DNA from: Chrysomallon squamiferum | Taxonomy: Eukaryota > Animalia > Mollusca | DNA length: 64,000 nucleotides | Direction of reading: 5' to 3' | NCBI GenBank assembly: GCA_012295275.1 | Contig: CM022673.1 | Coordinates: forward strand, 21,576,001 to 21,640,000 | Shown: positions 1 through 13,391 of the stretch, piece by piece | How positions within the stretch are numbered: position 1 is the stretch's first letter | Layout of the letters: each line of letters starts with the position of its first letter | The notes under the pieces: generated by a model | Seen by the model: only the letters and a program-made list of their open reading frames with translations | What the model was told of the DNA's origin: nothing | The model's database searches: none | Position numbers and translations under genes: made by a program

Positions 1-1582
1 CATAACACAATCAGGGAAATTACTAACTCTTCAGTTCTTAAAAATAATAGACTCGGCCGCTGAGGTATGAACATTTAACTGACTTTTCTTCCTCTGTTTT
101 AACTTCAAATATTCTCAGCCAATATTTAATCATTATACAAACACGGTGACCTTTACAGTTTTCCTATAACAAGCAACTTTTTTATTTGCAATCAGTCGAA
201 GAAGAAATTTCTTTTATTGAATTTTTTGTTCTGTTTTAATAAGGAAATTTTTAATTTTTAATTTGAAAAGATAAAAAAAAAGAAATAATGAAGGAAACAG
301 ATTATGACGTTTAAAAAAGTAAAATGAAAGTGAGAGATAGCCCGAGGGAAATTAATAAAAATAAAAAAATAAAAATATAATTGAAAGGACTTAATAAATA
401 ATGGATATATAACAATATTTTTATCTGGGATGCTCTTATATTGAATTCTCCTGGGTGAAGGATCTCCGATTTCAATGTGTAATAACGTTTTGGCTGTGTA
501 AACAATATTTCAAACGAAACGTTAGAATCTTTATTTTGAAATTTCGCGATAATCTTACAAATAAGTCCTGCTTGCAAGTGATCGCTTCGCCCACCACGCG
601 CTCTCACTCGCTTTATAACAGTACAGCGCTAGACTGCGCGCTGAACTGACAGTCACACAGGTGGGCGAGGTAACTGGCTCTGTGTAGAGCGCACCCGTCA
701 CAGCGTAAACTCCTCGTCAGTCCAGCTCGTGCTCAAACACTGTTTTACCAAATCCCGTGGTGTATATATATATATATGTTGATACAGTTTTATATATTAT
801 ATATTTTCCTCATTATGCATTTTAAAGTATCCCTTCTGATAACTGATAAAAGAAACTCATAAAATGAAAACAAACACGTTCTTCTTTCACATCGTCTTCA
901 GCAAAATAAAATATAACATGCAATGACAGTTAATTTCAAAATATGTTAAATACATTGTAGTTCAACAAATATTTCTTTTTCTTTTCTTTATTTTTTAATT
1001 TCGTTTCGCCCACTTTTAACTTGTTGATACAGTTTTATAAGATTCCAATTCTGTTATTGAATGATGACCTGTCTTTCGCTCGAAAGCAAGTTCCACTGCA
1101 ATGGTAGCGTTTTCACGATATATTCAAAGTTTTGTTGTTTTTATTATTATTACTGTTATTATTGTTATTCTTATATATATTTATTTATATATATATATAT
1201 ATGTATATGTATATGTTGCAATTTATCATTCGTATTTTGTTGAATACATGATTTCCTAGTTTTGGCAATATGCATATAAAAATTCATTTGAAACCTTTCT
1301 GTGAAATAATGAATTGGTGTTTTGAGAATATAATATATTATTTTCAAACTTACGTATTATTACAAAATAGATCTCTACGTTTGTTTTTGTCAAAAGTACT
1401 TTATAGTGAGCGTGATGTATAACCCTCCTCTAAAAAGTCCATTAAATTGCTGAAAACAATTATAGAAGTTAAATCACATTTCTTTCCCGAGAGAAGTTAC
1501 AGTTTTTGAAGTCGTGGGGAAAGTTCTAGTATATCTTTGGAACCAAAATCATTATAGAAAAAAAAAAAAAAAAAAAGAAAAA

Positions 1583-1637
<55 letters not shown>

Positions 1638-1964
1638 TAAAATAAAATAAAATAAAATAAAATAAAATAAAATAAAACAAAACAAAACAAAACAAAACAA
1701 AACAAAACAAAACAAAACAAAACAAAACAAAATAAATAAATAAATAAAAGCAAGAAAAAAGAAAGAAATATATATTAACAGCAATCCCCAAAAAATGATA
1801 AAACGTTATATGAATGAATGAATAACTGAATAAATAAGCAAATGTAACTGATGTGAAAGTCATTTCATTACATATCTGAGGAAATGTCGTTAAAACAAGC
1901 ATTCAGTATTAAATGCAAATGTTTGGTTATGTACGAGAATGCGAGTCTTTCTGTGTATATGTCT

Positions 1965-2030
<66 letters not shown>

Positions 2031-3772
2031 ACAATACTACTAACAAACGCATAGCTATCTGTCGACTGAACAATACCGTTCATTAGTAATTGTTTTGTAT
2101 CAACGACCTTAACTGGAATGTCACCAATTCCCACTGTAACTGACAGACAAAACCCAGTGACGAGTCCTACGTAAGTCGGTGGTTATCGGGAGGAAATGTG
2201 TTGCTAATTTTAACACATAATTGAACATGATTCATTCCAGAACATCCTTACCATAAGTGTAATAACGTTACGCATGTAAATACAGCATCGACAAAAAGCG
2301 CAGACGCGAAACTACGGTGGTTTTCTCGCGTCTAGCGAACACGACATCGAGTTTGATATTCCCTAATGGTTTTCTTCATGTTTATATATTTCTGAAAATG
2401 GTTATTACTGGTTTGCAAAAGTGACCACTAATCTCTTCAGCTGGTGATTTGTGCTGAATTTACACTTATAATCAGGTTGATCCGCGTTACTAAGACACAC
2501 GGCTCAGAGAAAGAAAACTTAATTCTCTGTTAAAATACGTGAATAAAACCACATGAAACATTCTTTTAATTCTTTGTTATATTAGAATGTTTAATCTTAT
2601 GATGTTTTATCGTGCAAAATATGAACTCTTATATTTAGTAAGAGATTAATTTTTATAATCAATGTAATTATTGTTTATATCAATAGAGTCAAATCTGTTA
2701 GGAATGACGAGTATAGTGATCGAATCTGATAATACGAATGTGTGTGTGTGTGTGTGTGTGTGTGTGTCTGTGTGCGTGTGTGTGTGTGTGTGTGTGAAAA
2801 TAGTTTGAACGGTACTATTTTATAATAACGTCATTGCAAATATGGCGGGTTGATTTTCAGATTTTCCATTGAGTTGGCACTTTATTCAGATAAATATAAG
2901 CTGCATTAATTTGCTGACGCTACATGATTCATCCTGAGTCAGGTGATTTCAAAAGTAAACAATTATGTTAGGTATTGACAACTCACTGAAATACCATGAA
3001 AAACCAGTCATTGTAGAAAAAAGAATGTACTTGACCAAAGTGATGATTTTTAAATCACATTTCAAAGAATAGACTTTTCAGCTCTACTAGAAGAAACTTT
3101 ACAGTTAATCGATTCAGCTCGCGCGCAGTGACGTCACCACTCTTATTGATATATTACGTTATTAATTAGACAGACTGGTAGTAATGAATAAAGCAGTAAG
3201 ATCATAAACTGTGTTTAGCCATTTTTTTTAAAAGGTACGGTTTAAAAACAGAACTGCATTGATATACTTCTGTTGATTTTGTTCTAGAAAATCTATATTC
3301 GATATCTGAACCAATTTTCACGTTCTGTTTATAACAACATTAGTTTCGTGTTATTTCCAAGCAATTTTGCAAACACAAAATCCTGTCGGGCGGTTGGTGA
3401 CATTTGACAATGTCACGTCTGACTCACTCGCGAGAAAACAGACAAATGCTGAACGTAGTCAGCCTGCTCATACGAAATGTCACATCTGACAGGGATCAAC
3501 TTCCTACGTCTGGTGATACATTAAATAGACGTAGACAAGACCAATTGGACAATAAGCTCCAGGCAGTGAGAGAAAAATAGCATCTGACATTATTGTCCAA
3601 AGACAATTAGTAGCGGACATGCCTGCAAGTCATCATTCTGTCTTCTGTCCCATTTAGTTTAAGTGTTTCTAAATCTCTCCAGTCACTACACGTTGCACAC
3701 AAGGACACGCACAAACAGACGCTCGCACATACATACACGTGCAGACATATGTATATACACTTTCTCTCTATC

Positions 3773-3804
<32 letters not shown>

Positions 3805-4624
3805 TACACACACACACACATACACACACACACACACAGATATTTATTTATTTATTTCCCTATGAACGTAGATTAATTTTTGGGAGTTATAAATTTATAT
3901 AGGATTATTTATCAGTGTATATGACAAAACAGATACACACTTGCATATGTGATTGTTATGTGTATGCGTGTGTGTTTGTGTGTGTATGTGTGTGTGTCTG
4001 CGAATACAAATATATATTTATGTATGTGTACAGATGTACTTCTGCACATAGAGTTATACATTATGTTTCTCTATACTCTTCCTACAGAGTTCTGCCTCTG
4101 CTGCTATTGCCAGTGCTGCTGCTACTTTTACTACGATAACCACTGTTAACAACAAATAACAACAGCATGTTTAATCATATAAAAATAAAAACAAAACTGC
4201 AGCAGCAGCAATAACTATAATAATAGAGACAAAACTCTTATCGGAATTTGAATATATCTGTGCATCTCTGTGGACCAGAATTAAATTATAAAGAAATTAT
4301 GTTCTGAAAAAGTTTTAGGCTTAATTTCCATTTCGAATGAAGCTGGAATGCTTTCAAAATCGCGTTAAAACTGCGCGACAGTGTGACATCACTCGACGGT
4401 GTTGAAATCATTCAGTGAATGTAAACATGGCGTGCGAAAGAGACAAATCTCGGGGTATATTTTACAAACAGTTTCCAGCGAACACGAAAAACATTAACTT
4501 GCTAAAAACCTTTCTGCAGGTTAAATCTCATTTCATTCTCGAGAGACCTTAGTGTTTGCAAATGGTGGAAAACCACTAATGTTATATATATTCAGAAATT
4601 TAACACTAAAACAACAACAACAGC

Positions 4625-4689
<65 letters not shown>

Positions 4690-5008
4690 TAGTAATAATA
4701 TCAAAACAAAATAAAACAAATAAATAAAAATATAAATCAAATTACAGCCTAGGCCTCATAGTTAAAAGTACATTCAGTTACCTTGTTTGTTAATATCGTT
4801 GTTGCAGTCATTATCGTCGTCATCATCATTATTACGATCATCACAATTATTACTGTTATTGTTATTGTTGATTATTATTATTATTATTATTGTTATTATT
4901 ATTATTGTTGTTGTTGCTATTGTTATTATTATTGTTGTTGTTGTTATTATTATTATTGTTGTTGTTATTATTATTATTGTTGTTATATTATTATTATTAT
5001 TCTTGCAG

Positions 5009-5267
5009 TCAAAGTACGAAAATGTGCAGGAGTTTCAAAGGTATGGATGTCTGCTGAAAATGGCGGGCAGTTTGTGGAAACGACCTCTGGTGGAGAAATT
5101 GCTTCATGCAGACGTACCAATGACACGGTTCTTATTAACAGGCCTGGCAGAGTGAAGACTGAACAAACAATAAAAATACAGTCTACAGACAATTTCAAAC
5201 TTGTGTAAGTCTTCACTTCTGTTATTGTCTCTCTCTCTCTGTACACACACACACACAGACACACACA

Positions 5268-5312
<45 letters not shown>

Positions 5313-5799
5313 ACACACACACACAAACACTTACATATAGGGCTGCACTCCTCATTTCAGTTGATAATTTTATCTGGAGTTTTATTTAATACGGTGATAT
5401 TAAAATGTTTTAAATTTTTTTTTTTTTTTTTTTCACGCAATTCAATAAATTCGTATTTTGTAAGAGGCTATTTCTGGCCAGACTAGCAATACAGCAGCAG
5501 TAATCTACGTTTTAAATTTTACGTTTACCTGAACTTTATTGACAGCGCAGTTTGTCAGTGATAATGTGTTTTCTCCCAGCCACGATATACGGATTATATT
5601 TTTTCAGAATATTCGTCTCTTTTAACTTATTTTCTTTGACTTTTAATTTAATATAAAATTTTTATAATTTAAAAGTTAAATTTGGTTTTTCATTTTCAGG
5701 GTAATCTATCAGGGAACCAGTGTCAATGGCAAAAATATAACAACTGTAAAACACTATACATTCGGTAATTTCAATACTACTACTACTACTACTACCACA

Positions 5800-5866
<67 letters not shown>

Positions 5867-6151
5867 ATAATAATAATAATAATAATAGAATTAATAAATA
5901 AAATTAAACCAGAATAAAATCTCGCTGTATAAATCAGATCAGTGGATGATGATGATAACTATAACGAAAATCTCAACGACAACGACACCAGCGATAACAA
6001 CAACAGCTGTGTTATTAACAGTGATAGTAATACTACTAATATTAACGATAACGACGACAACAATTACAATAAATAAGACCACAGCAACGATAACAATAGT
6101 AAAAAATAATAACGAAAGTTTAGGACAATGACGACGACGATGACAATAATA

Positions 6152-6203
<52 letters not shown>

Positions 6204-7187
6204 GAAACAAACAAAAAAGTTAATAAATAAATAACAAATTTTTGAACTTGATGAAAAGAATTCAAGCAGGTTTACATACGCATGCTTTCGTATTGCTCTA
6301 ATGTAGAACAGGTACCGAACCATTTCTCCAGCAAGCCTGGGACTGAATGTGCTCCGGATTTCTGGATTTGCCAGATTTCTAGATACATACTAAATACATA
6401 CTTCTTTTTTAATCCATCAAAAATCGTAAGTTACCCATAGAGGATATGATCTATAATAAATAGGTTGAAAATTAAACGAAGAAAAGAAAGAACATAATTT
6501 TATTTAAACGATACCTGTACAAATTAATATACTTCTTAAAACACTTACATTTCATACAGTATCATGTATAATAAATCAAACGGAAATTAAATAAATAGAA
6601 ATAAAAAACATAATTTAATTTGACAGGTATAATGACTTCTGTGAGAGATTTACCTCTACACAGCAACAGTCTCACTTAAACTGTTCAGCATGTACATTAT
6701 GGAAATGACTAATGCAGCTAGTGGTGACTTACAGCTTGACTAATTTAAAAGTAGTCCCTTAATAATAATAATAAATAGTTGCTGGTTTTCTGGAGTTTCC
6801 GGATTTCCGGATGACGGATGACGGATGACGGATTTCCGGATGACGGATATATGGTTCGGTACCTGTACAGTTAAAATATGTATATTGTGATTCATGAAAC
6901 GTTTTTACTTATTTTGTACATATTCATTTTTCAGCCGCGAAACCGAATGAAAGACATTTCAGGCACAGAAGAAATGCGGCCGAAGTGTCGACCATTTCTT
7001 ACACAGGTATGTGTAAAAACACACTAAAACACAAACAACAAAACTCATTGCTTCCTGTGTTGACAAAACTAATTGTTACTTCGTTAATAATAAAATATGA
7101 AAAACAAAAGAAAAAAAAAGAAAAGAAGTATACAATTTGTGAAAACAGTGGAGTTGTAAGCTTCTACTTGACGATATTTCATTGCAG

Positions 7188-7226
<39 letters not shown>

Positions 7227-7231
7227 TATAG

Positions 7232-7293
<62 letters not shown>

Positions 7294-7316
7294 AAATTGT
7301 TTATATTCATGTTTCA

Positions 7317-7378
<62 letters not shown>

Positions 7379-8580
7379 TATAATAATAAGTTTCTGTTAT
7401 TTTTGTGTTTTAGATAAAAAGACGACTCCAGTTTCTGAGTTTAGTCTCAAAGACTGTGAGAAAAATCGCTCGTGCATAAGGTAAATTCATCTTTTCATAT
7501 TAAAATTCTTTATTTGTTACATACATTCAGTTTGTGCATTTATTGTACTTTCTGAATTGGTGGTTTTTTTCCATTACAAATATCCTAATTATTATTATTA
7601 TTATTTATATTTTACTTAATATGGTTTTATTCCTTCTGATTTGGTAAAAAGGGATTTCATCAAACTGTTTTTGTTTTGTTTTAGTTTTAAACCGGATTTG
7701 ATCTGTTTAATAATTTCAGGTTTGGTAAAACCGGATGCGATCACATGGAATGCGACTACTTCCTGTCATACCTCGTCCTCAACAAAGAAAACATTATTCT
7801 GGAACTCAGCGCTAAAACGGATGGATGGGTGGCAGTCGGCTTTTCTTCCGATGCAAAACTGGTAACACGCCCAAACGCACACGCAAACACATACACGCCA
7901 AATATAACTCAGAATGAAATTCACGCACAAATACAAACAAACCCCCCAAAATTTAAAAATACCACGAAACCCATGCAACAACAACCCCCCCAAAAAAAAA
8001 AAAACAAAAACAAACAACTACAAAACAACGAAAATTAAAACAAAAATGTTTCTAAAACTTTAAATTAAAAAAAAAAAAATTAAAAAAAGTCTAAAATATC
8101 AATTTTAGGTTCCTAGGAAAGAAAGTTCATTTACATGTTGGAATACGCCCACGTCTGAAATCCTGTAAAAACAACAAAAAATTAACTTACAAAAGAACAC
8201 TTTTAAAACTCGGAAATAACAGAAATAACATATCAGTATAAAAAGCTGATAATGAAATTCACAATTCCTTGATTTTATAATCAATATACATTTTTTCTTC
8301 TTCTTCTTTTGCGTTCGGAGAAGATAATAAAAAAAAGTTTTATATCTGTCAGTCAGTTACTTGCTGTTGAAGGGTTTTCCAGCAGAACTGCAAATGTGTT
8401 TGAAAACAAATTAAATAGATTGTAAATTTTTTACCAGTTCTGATTTCTCCAGTAAACACTTGAGTCAAATCTTATTTATTTCACAAATCATTCTGTTCTG
8501 ATTCATCGAAATATTCGTTTATTTATTTTGAAAATATTATGATTCCGATGTAATAATAATAATAATAATAATAATAATCA

Positions 8581-8611
<31 letters not shown>

Positions 8612-9549
8612 AAGAAGAAGAAGAAGAAGAAGAAGAACAACAACAACAACAACAATAATAATTACAGCATCACAACAGCTACAAAATAAAGAAATTAAAT
8701 GAACTAATAAAATTTTAAAAATAAAAATGCTGTCAACTTACTCACTGTTACCATGTGGCAGACATCTTCGTGTAAATCTTTGAACAAGTCTCTGTGCTAC
8801 TCTTTATGTTTTAGCAGAAAGTTGTCTGTATATTACACCTTCTCATAGACAGGAAACAGACACCACTAACCTTGTTAAGTACACCATCGACACTTCAGAA
8901 ACATGAACAGTAGCAGTAATATAAAAACAAAACAAAAAATGAGTTGAAAAAGAACAAATATAACTGATATATATGAATGTCGTCGAAGGTTACTGCTTTT
9001 TGAAATTGTAATTTTCTTATAATGTAATCATCATCATCATCATCATCATCATCATTATTTAATTAATTTGCTGACAGAAAAAACCAAGAAAGAAAGAAAA
9101 GAAAGAAAGAAAGAAAGAAAGCAACCAGAACTGCAAATATAATTAGCCGAGAGCTGTAAGAACTGTCGGATTTAATTTCAACAAAATCTTGACATTTTGT
9201 ATCAAACAAAATAAAAAAATAAAAATGATATTAAAAAAGAAAATAAAAGGAAGCAGTAGGAAAAAACAAAAGCATAAAATAAATGATGAAAGAAGAAATG
9301 AAACAAAAAAATAAATAAAAGAAAACCTGAAAAATTGTAATAAAAGAAAGTAATGATAAAATAAAAGAATGAAAACTATTTTACCAAACGATCGACTGTT
9401 CAGTGTTTTAAAACTACAGTTTTGAGATGTTGTGGGTATGGCTTATGATGTCAGCATGACTTGTCCACTAACGCTACTTTGTGTACACTGGTTTTTAGTG
9501 TGGATACGAGTTAAATATAAAATAAATAAATAAATACATAAAATGGAAT

Positions 9550-9607
<58 letters not shown>

Positions 9608-10387
9608 TAAAATAATAATTACCAACAACAACAACAATACTACTACTACTACTACTCCTACTACTACTATTACAGCTATAACGACAACTACTACTAATAA
9701 TAATAGAATTAATAAATAAAATTAAACCAGAATAAAATCTCGCTGTAATAAATCAGATCAGTGGAGTGCAGAGGCCTGGTGACGCCCGGGGCAACTCCTT
9801 GACTGTGTGCCCCAAAGACCCAGTGTAAGGCCTGGTACTGTGAAATATTGTGAGAAAGGAAGATATTTTGAATATGTAACACAAATGAAACATACAATAA
9901 ACACTTTATTCGATTTATATATAAATCAACCAAATTTATTAAGTTCTTTTCTCTGATAGAATGCCCCTCTCCCCCATTTGGATGACCTGGGCCACCGCCC
10001 CTTCGGTCCCACGCTGCACGCCACTGAGTCAGATAGCGTTTTAAAAGAAATATCTATCTTTAATGGAAATTATTTTATTCCAGGGTGGAGGTGATGACGT
10101 GATAGCCTGCAAACGTAAGCACACGTCGACCAATGAAGTGATTGCACAGCCATTGTGGATTTCAGTGACTCATTTTACCCCCGAGCTCAAGGAAAGTAAA
10201 CTGAATCTGACGTCTGCTCAGTACGCTGGCGGCTACATCTACTGTCGAGTGACGCGACCCCTAAATGTCAAAATGGACAAGAATCTTGACCTGACGAACG
10301 ACTGGTATCAGCTGTATGTTACCGGACCTATTGAAGCCAGTGAGTTACACCGCTTATATAACTTTCTGAAATCTATGTTTTCTTAAC

Positions 10388-10465
<78 letters not shown>

Positions 10466-10650
10466 GTATGTGTGAAGATACGCATGTTCATTTTATGGGA
10501 AAAAAGTAAAAAACCAACATCAACAAACAAAAAGATTTATTACATACAGTAAAAGTAAATGCCGCAGCAGCAAAAGTAATAACTTTAGAAGTAAACTGAC
10601 TTTAAAAATGAATGCATTACTACTACTACTACTACTACTTATACTACTAC

Positions 10651-10694
<44 letters not shown>

Positions 10695-10860
10695 TTTAGG
10701 TGGTCGGATGCTCAAACCTGAGAATACGCCTAAAACGTCACCGGATAAAATGACTGTTCTCATGCACGAAAACAGAATATCCGTAGGATCAGGCGCAAAT
10801 TCTTTCACAGTGTGTATGCTCAGTCTTCTGCTTGGAGTTATCTCCCCTCACGTATCATGA
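5009..10860 (+). CDS. FRRS1L: DOMON domain-containing protein, FRRS1L-like (5' end incomplete; 7 coding exons recovered)
   Basis: Phase-consistent GT-AG exons: 5009-5204, 5700-5764, 6935-7006, 7414-7480, 7720-7861, 10084-10339, 10700-10860 (TGA). The spliced protein contains [27 protein letters not shown]...[30 protein letters not shown]...CRVTRPLNV...[14 protein letters not shown], which matches recalled vertebrate FRRS1L ([62 protein letters not shown]). It ends in a hydrophobic tail. The ATG/signal-peptide exon was not identified. The first two exons are supported by phase and splice sites only. Confidence 0.88.
6308..6866. mobile_element. Non-autonomous TIR element (MITE), Tc1/mariner-like ends, in an FRRS1L intron
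   Basis: Perfect 16-bp inverted repeat ACAGGTACCGAACCAT (6308-6323) / ATGGTTCGGTACCTGT (6851-6866). Termini are CAG...CTG, with TA on the right and AA on the left. Subterminal CCGGATTT/GGATGAC short repeats occur near both ends. No coding capacity. Confidence 0.7.
9759..10026. mobile_element. hAT-type MITE (268 bp) with 8-bp target-site duplication
   Basis: TIRs CAGTGGAGTGCAG (9759-9771) and CTGCACGCCACTG (10014-10026) are 12/13 complementary. Flanks AATCAGAT (9751-9758) and AGTCAGAT (10027-10034) form a 7/8 TSD. Ends are GC-rich and the middle is AT-rich. Confidence 0.8.
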
Positions 10861-12479
10861 CGGAAATAAGAACGCCATGGGTACCGTTTATATCTGTCAA
10901 CAGCCAGTGTTTGATGACGTCATTGGAGTTGTGTAACCAGAAGAAAATAATACATCGCAAATGTATTGATACGTCACTTGTCTGTCTTCCCTTGAATGAT
11001 ATTGTACGATTCATATTCTTAGTATTGTTAATAAATACATACATTATATATATATATATATATAGACAGCAAAAAGTACAGTAAATGCTCTTTTTTTAAA
11101 GTATTTTTAAAAGAAAGACAAGTATCAACGAAAAATAAATAAATAAAATAAATTAACATAAAATAAAAATAAATAAATAAATAATATAACGTTTTTAAAC
11201 AAAATACATTTTTATTAACTCTGCTTACATTTTTAAATGAATGTTGAAATGCAGATGATTTAGGATAAGGAAACCGAAAAAAAAGAAGCTATATATATAT
11301 ATATAAAAAATTATAAATCAGACAAAATATTCTACTATTAGTTTTGGGGTTTTTGTTATGAAAACAGATGGAATTTCATTGACTGATTTCGTTAAAAGAA
11401 AACCACAGTTAAATTAAGGGCGATCCTAACAGAGGGACTTGACGTGCATGTTTTACCTGTAAACCGTGAGCTCTTTTTCTTTTCTCTCGTCCTTCAGCCT
11501 TATGTCAAAACAAGATTTCGTAAGTTTTGCAGGTTTTTAAATTTTTTTTTATATATATATCTTGCGTTTAACAATATATATGTTATGAATGTTAGCTTCG
11601 TATTGGGATTTATAATATTTGTAAATCGTCGCATTTGTATTTCTTATCTGTCTACGTATGTACCCGTTTTTCAAATTCTGGTCTTTAACACTGTTGGATT
11701 CTGTCCATGTTTGCCTTATTGTTTGTTTTCAGGAATCTTAAGCTTCTATATTTTATATTTATAAACGATATCAGTAATTGCTCATTAAGTAAACTTTAAA
11801 ACAAATCTAACTGGATGTTGTATTGTATTTTATTATGAACAATTTGTCAGTTTTTACATTTCTAGAATGGATAGTCTCGTATTCCATGTAACCAGCGAGG
11901 TTACCTTTTTCTTCTCGTTCTGTCCAGTGTTTGTATTTTTCGTACGTGTGTTGTCATACTCTTTGAATAAAAAACATTTTGGAGACTGATATGGTAATTA
12001 TTGTTTATCTAGTATGAGGTATATTATTCGAAAAAATAAACTAATGTTTAATACACACACACATACACACACACACTCACATGTGTGTGTATGCAAAATA
12101 TTTTCCTCTATATTTCAGCTTTGTATAAACCGACACATTCACAACAGACAAGCGTAAAACCATTTTACTGAGCATACAGATAATCATTCACGAGTTACGT
12201 CATAAAATGTACATTACAGAGGTGACAACAAAAATCATAACTTATATAAATATAAATTATTATATTTTTTTTTATTAAAATGTTTTTATTTATTTATTTT
12301 TTCAAGATTTTGTCGACCAACCAGCATTAAAATATGAGAAAATATTTTGTATTAGTCTATTTATTACTTTGCTTGTTCCGTTTATTAAGCTGATTTTAAA
12401 ACCAGTAACGGTTAATACATATCAAAGTCTTATTGTTACATAATGCATATACATATAAATGTAAATAAATAAATAAATA

Positions 12480-12512
<33 letters not shown>

Positions 12513-12714
12513 TATGTGAATAGGTGTGTGCTTTTGTGTGCGTGTTAATATACAGAAAACTCAAGATATTAATAATTATCTAATCGTACATAATAACAAT
12601 TACAAATAATCAAAATATCGATAATTAAACTTGCAGTCATAATATCTGTTTCTCTCATCCTCTGCATATGTGTATGGGTGTATGTGTGTGTGTTTATATA
12701 TTTACATAGATATA

Positions 12715-12870
12715 GAAATTTTCACCTTACTTCAAAGCCAAAATAAATTCAGAGTTTGGACACCATTAACAACTGCTGTAGGTTTCGGGTTGCTAAATGA
12801 CGTCATTAAACTGTTGACGTGTTATGTATAAAGCGTAAAACAGCAGAGAACGAAAACTAATCTCGCCAGA
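12715..12870 (+). repeat. Dispersed repeat copy 1 (about 155 bp) containing a TGACGTCA palindrome
   Basis: Core CTGTAGGTTTCGGGTTGCTAAATGACGTCATTAAACTGTTGACGTGTTATGTATAAAGCGTAAAAC aligns by eye to the reverse complement of about 41915-42070. Confidence 0.75.
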
Positions 12871-12959
12871 AACTAAGCCAGTCTTACTTTCCAGATATTT
12901 CTTTTTCTTATGTTATTTTAATTTGATATCAGAACCATGATACCTGTTTCTTTAACTAC

Positions 12960-13039
<80 letters not shown>

Positions 13040-13332
13040 AACAGATTATTATCATCATCATCATCATCATCAATTTATTATTTCTATAAAAAAAAAAAAA
13101 AATTATATTACACGTAATCGACAAAAGTTACTTTTTTCTTCTTTTATTCAATATTAAGAAATTGCGTGTGTTCAAGATGTGTCCATGTGTCTGTTTTACT
13201 GGAATAAAACATTCGTGCGTGGATATGTGCAGAATATTCACTGTTTGTAGAATAACGATATGTGTGTTGTACACACACCCAGACACGCACTCACATATAC
13301 ATACAAACACGTACGCACACACACATATAAAC

Positions 13333-13391
<59 letters not shown>

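Noticed and set aside
1497-1902. Hydrophobic poly-F/Y/I/L ORFs (similar ones at 4783-5000, 35667-36044, 55144-55399)
   Set aside because: They arise from (AAT)n, (AAAAT)n and (AAAAC)n repeats that lack stops. They are not membrane proteins.
4427-4520. ATG-initiated segment MACERDKSRG... as the missing first exon of FRRS1L-like
   Set aside because: Its apparent donor is phase 0 while exon 5009 needs phase 1, and it has no signal peptide.
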